DNA of 64,000 bases. It comes from Bacteroidia bacterium. GTDB taxonomy: Bacteria > Bacteroidota > Bacteroidia > AKYH767-A > 2013-40CM-41-45. The stretch lies in contig JBBRAY010000008.1 of the NCBI GenBank assembly GCA_038206355.1, forward strand, positions 17,975 through 81,974. Direction: 5' to 3'. Below are positions 51,245 to 60,985 of the stretch, in pieces; position 1 is the stretch's first letter, and each line of letters opens with the position of its first letter. The notes beneath the pieces were generated by a model. That model saw nothing but the letters and a program-made list of their open reading frames with translations. It did not search any database and was not told the origin of the DNA. The translations under genes and the position numbers were made by a program.

Positions 51245-52741
51245 ATGAATTTCCTTTCAACACTCAGCAAACCCATAGCATCGTTCGCCGCCGGCGCCTT
51301 AAAACACCAGGCCAGGAACGCTGTTGCAATGCAGGAAAAAATATTCAGGACACTCATCAGGAAAGCGCGCAATACCGCTTTTGGAAAAGACCACTGGTTT
51401 AAAGAAATAAAAACATACAATGATTTCACAAGCCGTGTGCCCGTGCGCGACTACGAAGCGCTGAAACCTTATATTGATCGAATGCTCAATGGCGAAGAAA
51501 GTATTTTATGGCCCGGCAAACCGTTGTACGTTTCAAAAACATCAGGTACCACTTCCGGTATCAAATACATACCCATCACGAAAGACAGCATCAGCAACCA
51601 CATCAACAGCACACGAAATGCCATGCTGGCCTACATTGCAGAAACAGGTAAGGCGGATTTTCTGAAAGGCAAATTGATTTTTATCAGCGGAAGTCCTGCC
51701 CTCGAAAATAAAAACGGACTGAAGGTGGGGCGACTCAGCGGCATTGTAAATCACCACGTACCGCAATACCTGAGAAGAAATCAACTGCCCGGCTGGGAAA
51801 CCAACTGTATTGACGACTTTGAAAAAAAAATCGATCACATTGTGAATGAAACCCTTTCACAAAACATGACCATGATCAGCGGAATCCCCCCCTGGGTGCA
51901 GATGTATTTTGATAAATTAGTGGAAGCATCAGGAAAAAATATCATGGACATTTTTCCAAATTTCTCTCTGTTCATTTATGGTGGCGTAAATTATGAACCC
52001 TACCGGAAAAAGTTTGAGCAGACCATCGGAAAAAAAATTGACTCCATTGAATTGTATCCCGCTTCAGAAGGTTTCATTGCATTTCAGGACAATCAGAAAA
52101 AAAATGATTTATACCTGAATATCAACTCCGGAATATTTTTTGAATTTATTCAGGCCTCAGATTTTTTTAAGGATAATCCAAAACGCATTTCCCTTAAAGA
52201 CGTGAACCCCGGCGTGAACTACGCCATCATCCTCAGTAATAACGCAGGACTCTGGGGTTATTCACTCGGCGACACGATAAAATTTACTTCAGTAAATCCC
52301 TTTCGAATCGTTGTTACAGGAAGATTAAAACACCAGATCACGGCGTTCGGTGAACACGTTATTGCCGAAGAAGTTGAAAATGCACTTCTCGAAGCTTGTG
52401 CTGCACATCATGCACATGTGGCTGAATTTACACTTGCGCCTCAGGTGAATCCTGATGCCGGCGAAAAGCCGTACCATGAATGGTTTATTGAATTTGACCG
52501 GGAGCCCGATAACATCAACCGTTTTTCTAAATCACTTGATGAATCAATTGCCAGACAAAATATTTATTACAAGGATTTAATCTCAGGGCATATATTGCAA
52601 CCTTTGAAAGTGCGCGTGATGAAAAAAGATTCTTTCATTGATTACATGCGCTCACAGGGAAAACTCGGCGGACAAAATAAAATGCCACGGCTCAGCAACG
52701 ACAGAATAATAGCTGATGAATTGAAAAAGTATATTCAGTAA
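51245..52741 (+). CDS. GH3 auxin-responsive-promoter family protein (acyl-adenylate-forming fold)
   Basis: SKTSGTTSGIKYIPITKDS, an ANL-type AMP-binding motif in GH3 context, 498 aa. Confidence 0.6.
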   Translation: MNFLSTLSKPIASFAAGALKHQARNAVAMQEKIFRTLIRKARNTAFGKDHWFKEIKTYNDFTSRVPVRDYEALKPYIDRMLNGEESILWPGKPLYVSKTSGTTSGIKYIPITKDSISNHINSTRNAMLAYIAETGKADFLKGKLIFISGSPALENKNGLKVGRLSGIVNHHVPQYLRRNQLPGWETNCIDDFEKKIDHIVNETLSQNMTMISGIPPWVQMYFDKLVEASGKNIMDIFPNFSLFIYGGVNYEPYRKKFEQTIGKKIDSIELYPASEGFIAFQDNQKKNDLYLNINSGIFFEFIQASDFFKDNPKRISLKDVNPGVNYAIILSNNAGLWGYSLGDTIKFTSVNPFRIVVTGRLKHQITAFGEHVIAEEVENALLEACAAHHAHVAEFTLAPQVNPDAGEKPYHEWFIEFDREPDNINRFSKSLDESIARQNIYYKDLISGHILQPLKVRVMKKDSFIDYMRSQGKLGGQNKMPRLSNDRIIADELKKYIQ

Positions 52742-52769
52742 TGATTAACTTTACCAAAAATATTTTTCC

Positions 52770-52952
52770 ATGCGTAAAGAAATGGTAATTGAAACTCTGA
52801 AGCAGTTTCCCGAAGAATTTTCTCTGGAAGATTTAATCGAACGGATTATTGTTATCGACAAAGTTGAGCGTGCTCGTGAATCAGTACTTAATGGAAACAC
52901 AACGTCCATTGCAGAAGCAGAAAAGCAATTGAAGCAAAAATGGTCGAAATAA
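52770..52952 (+). CDS. Putative addiction-module antitoxin
   Basis: 60 aa, MVIETLKQFPEEFSLEDLIERIIVIDKVERARESV, with a 13-bp overlap onto the toxin frame. Confidence 0.45.
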   Translation: MRKEMVIETLKQFPEEFSLEDLIERIIVIDKVERARESVLNGNTTSIAEAEKQLKQKWSK

Positions 52953-53236
52953 TATTTTCAGATTTTGCGATTGAAGATATAAATAGTGTCGCAGAATATA
53001 TTGCATTAGATTCACCTTTGTATGCCTCCAATTTTGTTGATGGAGTTTTCGAACGTATATATCAATTGGAAGAATTTCCTGATTCCGGAAAAACAACTCC
53101 TGAAAGTGAGAATGATAACATTAGAGAACTCAATTACGGAAATTATCGGATAATATATGAACTTATTAGTTAGACCCAAATCGTCGTTTTAAGGGTTCTT
53201 CACGGAGCAAGAAATATTTCGAATCAAGATTTTTAA
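52940..53236 (+). pseudogene. RelE/ParE-family toxin gene with an in-frame TAG at 53171-53173
   Basis: ...NYGNYRIIYELIS then TAG, and the same frame continues TQIVVLRVLHGARNISNQDF (canonical ParE C-terminus) to the TAA at 53234-53236. Confidence 0.55.
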
Positions 53237-53242
53237 AATTAA

Positions 53243-54421
53243 TTGAGATTGAAAAAGTCCATCGCAATACTCGGATCTACAGGCAGCATCGGCACGCAGG
53301 CCCTTGATGTAATTACCACTCATCCGGACAATTTTTCTGTAGAAGTACTAACTTCCAATAGCAATGCTGACTTGCTGATTGAACAATCCATAAAATTTCA
53401 ACCCAATGCAGTCGTTATTGCCGATAAAAATAAATACAGCTACGTAAAATCAACACTGGAAAAATATCCCATCAAAGTTTTTGCAGGTGAAGAATCGCTT
53501 TCGCAGGTGATGGAGATGGAAAGCATTGATATGGTACTCACTGCCGTAGTCGGATTTGCAGGACTGAGGCCCACACTTGCCGCCATTAAAGCAGGAAAAC
53601 AAATCGCGCTTGCAAATAAAGAAACACTGGTTGTTGCCGGTGAACTTGTTACCGCTTTAGCAAAGGAAAAAGCGGTAAACATTTACCCTGTTGACTCCGA
53701 ACATTCAGCCATTTTTCAATGTCTTGCCGGAGAGTGGAACAACCAGATTGAAAAAATTTACCTCACTGCATCCGGCGGACCATTCAGGGGTAAAGACAAA
53801 AATTTTCTCAGCACAGTAAAAAAAGAGCAGGCCCTTAAACATCCCAACTGGGACATGGGAGCGAAAATCACCATCGACTCTGCATCAATGATGAATAAAG
53901 GGCTTGAGATGATTGAAGCAAAATGGCTTTTCCATCTTACCCCGGATAAGATTGACGTCATCATCCATCCGCAAAGCATCATTCATTCTATCGTTCAGTT
54001 CAAAGACGGAAGTATGAAAGCGCAAATGGGACTGCCCGATATGAAGCTTCCAATTCAATATGCACTGGGATACCCTGAACGTTTAAAATCTGATTTCCCG
54101 CGATTTGATTTCACAAAATATCCTTCCCTCACATTTGAAAAACCCGATGCAACAACATTCCGAAATCTTGCATTGGCAACGGAAGCATTGGAAAAAGGCG
54201 GGAATCTCCCATGCATATTAAATGCTGCAAATGAAATTGCAGTAGCTGCATTTCTAAAAGACAGGATTGGTTTTCTTGAAATGAGCGACATGATTGAAAG
54301 TTGCATGTCAGAGGTGAAATTTATAACGCATCCGTCTCTGGAAGATTATCTGCTCACCGACAAGGAAACCCGGATAATTGCAAGTGAGTGGATTGAAAAA
54401 AATTTAATTACCTCCCGTTAA
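53243..54421 (+). CDS. dxr: 1-deoxy-D-xylulose-5-phosphate reductoisomerase
   Basis: ILGSTGSIGTQALDVI, ANKETLV and DSEHSAIFQCL; TTG start. Confidence 0.9.
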   Translation: MRLKKSIAILGSTGSIGTQALDVITTHPDNFSVEVLTSNSNADLLIEQSIKFQPNAVVIADKNKYSYVKSTLEKYPIKVFAGEESLSQVMEMESIDMVLTAVVGFAGLRPTLAAIKAGKQIALANKETLVVAGELVTALAKEKAVNIYPVDSEHSAIFQCLAGEWNNQIEKIYLTASGGPFRGKDKNFLSTVKKEQALKHPNWDMGAKITIDSASMMNKGLEMIEAKWLFHLTPDKIDVIIHPQSIIHSIVQFKDGSMKAQMGLPDMKLPIQYALGYPERLKSDFPRFDFTKYPSLTFEKPDATTFRNLALATEALEKGGNLPCILNAANEIAVAAFLKDRIGFLEMSDMIESCMSEVKFITHPSLEDYLLTDKETRIIASEWIEKNLITSR

Positions 54422-54458
54422 TTTGCTGGATGAAAGTCATTAACCTGCAGTTGTCACA

Positions 54459-55193
54459 ATGAAAGAACTGATCAAAGATACCATACGTAAAAGCCTGAAT
54501 GCACTTCACCTGGATCTTACAAAGAATTTAAAGTATGACAGACTTACTAAAGAAGTCATAGCCAGGTCGCTGAAAAAAAACTCCAATGCTATTGACGTGG
54601 GCTGCCATAAAGGTGAAATTCTTGACCTCATTTTAAAGCATGCCCCTGAAGGAAACCATTTTGCCTTTGAGCCGATTCCTGATTTTTACAATGCACTCAA
54701 AATAAAATATGCTTCCCGCTGTGAAATTTTTCCTTTTGCCCTCAGTGATCAGCCCGGAGAAACAACATTCAACTACGTTAAAAATGCACCTGCCTTCAGC
54801 GGAATCAAAAAAAGAAAATATGAGGTACAGAATCCTGATGTAGAGGAGTTGCATGTAAAAGTAGAATCGCTAGACCATTTGATTCCTGCTACAACACAAA
54901 TTGATTTTATAAAAATTGACGTGGAAGGCGGTGAATTCGGAGTCCTCAAAGGAGCAAAGCAACTTTTACAAAGGTCTAAACCAATAGTCGTTTTTGAATG
55001 TGGCCTGGGCGCCAGCGATTTTTACGGAACAAAACCCGGAGAGCTTTTTGATTTTTTATTGCAATGCGGATACGGAATATATTCACTGCAAAACTGGCTC
55101 GAAAAAGGGGCATCATACAAGTCGAATGAATTCACCGATTGCTTTAATAAGAATACAGAATATTATTTCGTCGCCCGTCCGGATAACGGGTAA
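54459..55193 (+). CDS. FkbM-family methyltransferase
   Basis: IDFIKIDVEGGEFGVLKGAKQLLQRSKPIVVFE. Confidence 0.7.
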   Translation: MKELIKDTIRKSLNALHLDLTKNLKYDRLTKEVIARSLKKNSNAIDVGCHKGEILDLILKHAPEGNHFAFEPIPDFYNALKIKYASRCEIFPFALSDQPGETTFNYVKNAPAFSGIKKRKYEVQNPDVEELHVKVESLDHLIPATTQIDFIKIDVEGGEFGVLKGAKQLLQRSKPIVVFECGLGASDFYGTKPGELFDFLLQCGYGIYSLQNWLEKGASYKSNEFTDCFNKNTEYYFVARPDNG

Positions 55194-55242
55194 CCGATAA
55201 CGGATAACTTCTTCTATCTTTGCGCCTCAAAAAAAATTAAGA

Positions 55243-56565
55243 ATGAACGGATTAGTTATGGCCGCCCAGTTAATCCTGGGGCTTGCGATTTTAGTAACCC
55301 TACATGAGCTGGGACATTTTCTTGCTGCGAGGGCTTTCGGTATCCGCGTGGAAAAATTTTATTTGTTTTTTGATGCATGGGGATTTAAATTTTTCTCTTT
55401 TAAAAAAGGAGATACAGAATACGGAATAGGCTGGCTTCCACTCGGAGGATATGTAAAAATATCCGGAATGATCGACGAAAGCATGGACAAAGATGCCATG
55501 AAACTGCCACCTGAACCATGGGAATTCCGCAGTAAACCGGCCTGGCAGCGGCTCATCGTAATGATTGGTGGCGTGACGATGAATGTATTGCTCGGTATAT
55601 TTATTTACACTGCCAGTCTCCTCCACTACGATAAAGAATATCTGGCAAACAAAGACGTGAACGATGGTATTTATGCTTTTGACCTGGCTGAAAAACTCGG
55701 CTTACAAACAGGAGATAAGATCACTGCCATCAATGGAAAACCTTTCGAAAGATTTGAAGAGCTCCTCTCTTCCAAAGTAATTTTTGGATGTGACCTGACT
55801 GTTGATCGCAATGGTCAAACCATACATGTGATTGTTCCCGACGATTTTTATTTTGACGTTACTAAAACCGGCAAGGGCTTTTTTATCAGTACAAACCAGA
55901 CCAGCCTCATCATCGACAGTGCAGTAAAAGGTAAACCCGGTGAGGCAGCAGGCCTGCAAAAGAATGATAAAGTAATTACCGTAAACGGAAAGCGAACTGC
56001 TTCACCCGACGGAGCAAGGAAAATCATCAGGGAAAATACAGGCAAGATTGTTTCGCTTGTCGTACTTCGAAATGCTGACACATTACAGTTTCAACCACTG
56101 GTAAGCGATTCAGGAATTATCGGGGTTTATTTCAGAATGGATCTCGGAAACTATCCGATGACACCTTATACTTTCGGATCAGCACTTACCATTGGAACCG
56201 CCGATGCTGTCGAAGCCATTGTTGGAAATATCAAAGGGCTGAAACAGATTTTTGTCGGAAAAGCGAAAGCATCAGAATCTTTGCAAGGACCTATCGGTAT
56301 TGCCACTATTTATGGCAGCACATGGGACTGGCGCTGGTTCTGGAAAATAACCGGCTTGTTAAGTATGATTCTGGCATTCATGAACATCCTTCCCATTCCG
56401 GCACTTGATGGCGGTCATGTTGTATTCCTTGTAATTGAAGCCGTGACGAAAAGGAAGTTCTCCGATAAATTTATGGAGCGCGCACAGGTTACAGGTATGG
56501 TCATTCTTTTAGCACTGATGGCTTTTACCATCGGCAATGACATCTGGAAACATGTGATTAATTGA
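55243..56565 (+). CDS. rseP: RIP metalloprotease RseP (M50 site-2 protease with PDZ)
   Basis: HELGHF (HExxH) in the first TM helix, a PDZ-like middle and a C-terminal LDGGH. Confidence 0.85.
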   Translation: MNGLVMAAQLILGLAILVTLHELGHFLAARAFGIRVEKFYLFFDAWGFKFFSFKKGDTEYGIGWLPLGGYVKISGMIDESMDKDAMKLPPEPWEFRSKPAWQRLIVMIGGVTMNVLLGIFIYTASLLHYDKEYLANKDVNDGIYAFDLAEKLGLQTGDKITAINGKPFERFEELLSSKVIFGCDLTVDRNGQTIHVIVPDDFYFDVTKTGKGFFISTNQTSLIIDSAVKGKPGEAAGLQKNDKVITVNGKRTASPDGARKIIRENTGKIVSLVVLRNADTLQFQPLVSDSGIIGVYFRMDLGNYPMTPYTFGSALTIGTADAVEAIVGNIKGLKQIFVGKAKASESLQGPIGIATIYGSTWDWRWFWKITGLLSMILAFMNILPIPALDGGHVVFLVIEAVTKRKFSDKFMERAQVTGMVILLALMAFTIGNDIWKHVIN

Positions 56566-56573
56566 TCAGGCGA

Positions 56574-56990
56574 TCAGCAAAACTCTTCGTAAGTTGCCTT
56601 CAAATGATCAGCAATCATTTGTGCTGAACGGCCTTCAATATGATGGCGCTCAATGAAATGAACAAGTTTCCCGTCTTTAAACAAGGCTATTGAAGGAGAA
56701 GATGGCGGATAAGGAAGTGTATATTTCCTTGCCTGCGCAGTAGCTTCCATATCCTGTCCTGCGAAAACGGTAACGAGCTTTCCCGGTTTTTTACCTTCTT
56801 GCAATGACATGCGAACGCCCGGTCTTGCCGTTCCCGCCGCACAACCGCAAACAGAATTCATAACGAGCAACATGGTACCCTTGCTGTTGGGGATGACCTG
56901 GTCAACCTGGTCAGGGCTTTTTAACTCTTCAAATCCCGATGCGACTAATTCTTCGCGCATTGGGGTGCAGATATATTCCGGATAAGGCAT
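56574..56990 (-). CDS. Bacilliredoxin BrxA/BrxB (YphP/YqiW, DUF1094) family thiol-disulfide protein
   Basis: LLVMNSVCGCAAGTARPGV has the CGC motif; the overall order tracks B. subtilis YphP as remembered. Confidence 0.7.
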   Translation of the reverse strand: MPYPEYICTPMREELVASGFEELKSPDQVDQVIPNSKGTMLLVMNSVCGCAAGTARPGVRMSLQEGKKPGKLVTVFAGQDMEATAQARKYTLPYPPSSPSIALFKDGKLVHFIERHHIEGRSAQMIADHLKATYEEFC

Positions 56991-57207
56991 TTTTATTGGA
57001 TTTTTAAGGACGTAAAAGTAAGCATCCTTTTTTTCTTACGCTACCCTCAACACCCCGGGACACGGAAATGTTTTCAATCTGATAATTTTTCCAACCCATT
57101 TGGAAGATGTGAGACCCGGTGTCTCAAAACCTTACAGTTGTAATGTTCCTGCCCTCTTCCCGCCACTGCAGCTTTTCCATACCCCTATTTTGCAGACACA
57201 CACAATA

Positions 57208-57633
57208 ATGAATATGAGAACAATTACAATCGCACTTCTGCTTGTCCTTTCCTATGCTGCAAAAGCACAGGATATCCTTCCAAACAAGGTTTACCGCATC
57301 ACCGCTTATCAGAACGGGAATAATAATATTGTAAGCACCTCCAATTATGCTGAGGTGGTACCACCTACCAGTATTTTTATCCCAAGCGCATTTACGCCCA
57401 ATGACGATGGAATAAATGATTCTTTCGGAGTAAAAGGAGAAGGAATACAAAATTATAAAATGCTCATTTATAACCGTTGGGGAGAGGTGATCTTTTCATC
57501 TACCAATCCCGCAGAACACTGGAACGGAAAATATAAAAACGAACCGGTTGAAAACGGCGTGTATGTGTATGAGGTTTTTGCCAAGGGTTTTGGGAAACAT
57601 CCAAAAGCCGGTGCAGTTACATTGCTGAGATAA
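57208..57633 (+). CDS. Mini-protein: signal peptide plus T9SS type-B (CHU_C) C-terminal domain, almost no passenger
   Basis: MNMRTITIALLLVLSYAAKAQ, then about 35 aa, then FTPNDDGINDSF...LIYNRWGEVIF...HWNGKY...NGVYVYEVF...GAVTLLR. Confidence 0.65.
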   Translation: MNMRTITIALLLVLSYAAKAQDILPNKVYRITAYQNGNNNIVSTSNYAEVVPPTSIFIPSAFTPNDDGINDSFGVKGEGIQNYKMLIYNRWGEVIFSSTNPAEHWNGKYKNEPVENGVYVYEVFAKGFGKHPKAGAVTLLR

Positions 57634-57656
57634 AAAACGATAATTAAAATATCAAT

Positions 57657-57684
57657 AAAACTGCACCTAAAAATGCAGTTTTAT
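57657..57684. terminator. Bidirectional terminator hairpin between convergent genes
   Basis: AACTGCA cctaaaaa TGCAGTT flanked by A-run and T-run. Confidence 0.5.
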
Positions 57685-57696
57685 TATGCTTTTAAT

Positions 57697-59142
57697 TTAG
57701 AGTTTGATGCAAACATTTTTTTCTTCAGTAAAAAATTTCAGTGCTTCAAAACCGCCTTCTCTTCCCACTCCTGAATTTTTCATTCCGCCAAAAGGAGTTC
57801 TGAGGTCTCTCAACAACCAGCAGTTAACCCAGATAATTCCGCTGTGAAGTCGTGCCGCAATACGATGTGCGCGTTTTAAATTTTCAGTCCATATTGTTCC
57901 GGCTAAACCATATTGAGTAGAGTTCGCCATCATCAATGCTTCCTCTTCTGTTTCAAACGGAGTGAGTGTTACTACAGGACCGAAAATTTCTTCCTGGTTG
58001 GTGCGGCAATCATGCGGCAGGTTTTCAAAAACAGTCGGCTCTATAAAATATCCCTTTGAATTTTTCCCCGGGAGTTGTAATTGCTTTCCGCCGCATAAAA
58101 GTTTTCCGCCTTCCTGTTTGGCCAATTCGATGTAAGAAAGTATTTTTTCGAGATGAGGTTTACTTACAATTGCGCCCATCCTGCTTTCAGCGTTTAAAGG
58201 ATCGCCCACTATTAACGTTGAAACCCTTTTCAAAAATGCATCTTTATACTTCTCATAAATACTTTTCTCGATGAAGATGCGTGAGCCGCACAAACATATT
58301 TCACCCTGATTGCTGAAAGCTGCATTCACAGAAGTTTTCACGGCATCGTCAAAATTGCAGTCTGCAAAAACAAGGTTAGGATTTTTTCCGCCAAGTTCCA
58401 GCGACAATTTCTTAAACATAGGTGCTGCTGTTTTTGCAATCCACTCACCTGTTTTTGTTCCTCCTGTAAAACTGATGGCCGGAATTCCGGGATGAGAAAC
58501 AATTGCAGCTCCCACTTTTGGTCCGAGGCCATGAATAATATTCAAAACTCCTTTTGGAAGACCCGCTTCATTGCAAAGTTCAGCGAGTAGAAATGCAGTC
58601 ATGGGAGTGATTTCACTTGGTTTGGCAATCACACAATTTCCTGATGCAAGTGCCGGAACAATTTTCCAGGTAAATAAATATAACGGCAGGTTCCAGGGTG
58701 ATATGCATCCTGCAATTCCGATGGGTTGACGTAGCGTATAATTGATCGCCGCATTTTCCATCGCATGTGCTTCTGTTGCAAGATGAATGGCGCCCGTTGC
58801 ATAAAAATGAAAATTGTCACGCGCTCTGGGAATATCAACACTCTTTGCAAGCCACAACGGTTTACCCTGATCAATGCTTTCAGCCATTGCCAATCGGTCA
58901 AGGTTCTTATCAATGAGTGCAGAAATTTTCAGAAGAATATCTGATCGTTGCGCCACGGGCATATTGCTCCACGCCTGGAATGCAGCCTTCGCGGCGGCAA
59001 CAGCAAGCTCAACATCCCTTTCATCAGAATCAGGTATCAGCGAATAAACTTCACCTGTTGCAGGATTGATATTATCTATGTACGTTTTTCCAACGGGCTC
59101 AACGAGTTCACCGTTAATATAATTCAGAATTTTTTGGGTCAT
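57697..59142 (-). CDS. NAD(P)-dependent aldehyde dehydrogenase
   Basis: FTGGTKTG, LELGGKNP and EICLCGSR (catalytic Cys). The start is the internal Met MTQKIL. Confidence 0.85.
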   Translation of the reverse strand: MTQKILNYINGELVEPVGKTYIDNINPATGEVYSLIPDSDERDVELAVAAAKAAFQAWSNMPVAQRSDILLKISALIDKNLDRLAMAESIDQGKPLWLAKSVDIPRARDNFHFYATGAIHLATEAHAMENAAINYTLRQPIGIAGCISPWNLPLYLFTWKIVPALASGNCVIAKPSEITPMTAFLLAELCNEAGLPKGVLNIIHGLGPKVGAAIVSHPGIPAISFTGGTKTGEWIAKTAAPMFKKLSLELGGKNPNLVFADCNFDDAVKTSVNAAFSNQGEICLCGSRIFIEKSIYEKYKDAFLKRVSTLIVGDPLNAESRMGAIVSKPHLEKILSYIELAKQEGGKLLCGGKQLQLPGKNSKGYFIEPTVFENLPHDCRTNQEEIFGPVVTLTPFETEEEALMMANSTQYGLAGTIWTENLKRAHRIAARLHSGIIWVNCWLLRDLRTPFGGMKNSGVGREGGFEALKFFTEEKNVCIKL

Positions 59143-59398
59143 GATGCAAAAGTACAATGTTGGGGTGAATGAGAGCTGTCCAATTTGATTATTGAATTAC
59201 CCATTATGATTTTTGCGGTAAACCCGATGCAATTTAGATCATATAAATGCGAAAGAGGAGAAGGTGCTTTAAAATGATATTTGAAGACCTCCGATTAGTG
59301 ACTTTGGTTTTTGAAACACCTGAAGTTTTACTTAGTTTTAGCTTATGAACTTACAAGTTGACTTTCTTCCGTAATTCTCTGTTTTGTATATTTGTACC

Positions 59399-59707
59399 AT
59401 GCACATTCCGGAAGAAAGAATTGAAATTGCCGAAGAGAAACTTACCGATTACTTGCTGGTTCAGAAAGAGAAAAATGACAAATCAGGTTTCTTACTAAAA
59501 CTTGGGTATACGAAGGAAAACTGGAGTGATTTACAAAACGATATAAAATATATTGCAACACATAACGAAGCCGTATTGCAACAACAAACTCCGTTTGGTG
59601 ATATATATGAAGTGAAAGGCAGTTTGAAAAATTTCGGCATTGTTACCATTTGGCTTCTAGCCGTTGATGCTCAAAAATTTAAATTCATCACATTATTTCC
59701 TGCATAA
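59399..59707 (+). CDS. DUF6883-like small protein (partner of DUF4926)
   Basis: IEIAEEKLTDYLLVQKEKNDKSGFLLKLGYTKENWSDLQNDI; the family assignment is from memory. Confidence 0.4.
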   Translation: MHIPEERIEIAEEKLTDYLLVQKEKNDKSGFLLKLGYTKENWSDLQNDIKYIATHNEAVLQQQTPFGDIYEVKGSLKNFGIVTIWLLAVDAQKFKFITLFPA

Positions 59708-59717
59708 ATTCTTAACA

Positions 59718-59966
59718 ATGGAAAATAAATTTCAACTTTATCAGCAAGTGCAATTAACTCAGGCGCTTCCCGAACATCATTTTGAAAAAGGAGATGTTGC
59801 CACCATTGTAGAGGTTGTAACCAGTAAGCAGAATAACGTTGGTTATCTGCTTGAATTTTTTGACAACAATGGGCAAACCCTGAAAGTAATAGCTGTGGCT
59901 GAGGATGCAGTTGCGATTCCACCCGAGCATTCGGTGGTTAATTACAGGCCGTATCAGGCTGCGTAA
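59718..59966 (+). CDS. DUF4926 domain protein
   Basis: FQLYQQVQLTQALPEHHFEKGDVATIVEVVTSKQNNVGYLLEFFDNNGQTLKVIAV matches the DUF4926 pattern; it lies 11 bp after the preceding ORF. Confidence 0.5.
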   Translation: MENKFQLYQQVQLTQALPEHHFEKGDVATIVEVVTSKQNNVGYLLEFFDNNGQTLKVIAVAEDAVAIPPEHSVVNYRPYQAA

Positions 59967-60641
59967 TCCTTAAATCAAAACAACTTCGCGATAAAAGGAA
60001 TTTAATTTACTGTTGCTGCAAAAGAAATTATCTCAAAGAAAAAAATGAACCGGTGGTTTTTTGATTGTGATTTAATTTTCTGGTTTGATTTGAAAGCTGG
60101 GCAGAGTGTGACAGTTGCTTTTTCGGGGTGATGGTATGTATGAAAAAAATTACTTTTACGGTCCCAGGGTAGCTTGCACACGGACAACGCGAACAACCAG
60201 CACAAATAAAAGAAGGGCGATGTTTGAAAACCATCTTATTATTGAAGAGCTCAATTTGTCGATGAATAAAATTTTTGCTGACGAAAAACTCTTTTCGTTA
60301 ACGTGAGAAGATAGTGATTATCTGTTAAGAGGTGCTGATGGAAAAATCAAGAGTGAAAAAAACATTCTTATGTGGTTTAACGAAGTAACACAATCTTGTG
60401 TTGAAGTAAGGCAAAATAGAAAAGAGTTTCAAATTGTATGTGATGAGTTAATTCTAATTTCTGATGAGTTAATTTATTTTACTGCGTATTTATTTTTGCT
60501 TAAGCCATATTTGACCAATCCTCTTCTGTATGAACAATCATCGCCCAATGCCGGAACTTTAATCGCATACAAGGACTCATTTAAAAAAAATAACTGCTCC
60601 CCTTTAAAAGCTACAGCGATTTAAATTATATTTGAAAACCC

Positions 60642-60980
60642 ATGATCATTGGCGTTGCCGGACCTTATTCTGCGGAAACAGAAGCTCAACGAAAATTAAA
60701 TTTAGATGCAATGAATATCGCAGCCGCAAAGTTGCTGGAGCGCGGGCATATTCCCATCATCGGTATGAATGCTGCTTTGCCTGTTCTTGAAAAGGCAAAG
60801 ATCAAAGATCGCTATAAAGCCACCATGGATATTTCACTTGCCGTGATTAATGCATGCGATGCAATCCTGATCCTTGGTGAAAGCCCGGGCGTGCTAAAAG
60901 AGAAGGAATTGGTTTTGTCAAAAAGCTTACCTGTCTATTATAACCTCAATGAAATTCCAATGTCTGAAAGTACTTACTGA
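60642..60980 (+). CDS. Small hypothetical protein, possibly nucleoside 2-deoxyribosyltransferase-like (DUF4406-type) fold
   Basis: MIIGVAGPYSAETEAQRKLNLDAMNIAAAKLLERGHIPIIGMNAA; weak recognition only. Confidence 0.3.
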   Translation: MIIGVAGPYSAETEAQRKLNLDAMNIAAAKLLERGHIPIIGMNAALPVLEKAKIKDRYKATMDISLAVINACDAILILGESPGVLKEKELVLSKSLPVYYNLNEIPMSESTY

Positions 60981-60985
60981 GGACA

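Noticed and set aside
53171-53173. Stop-codon reassignment (TAG as sense)
   Set aside because: sufS and lysA in the same window terminate at TAG with sensible C-termini, so the ParE TAG is a premature stop.
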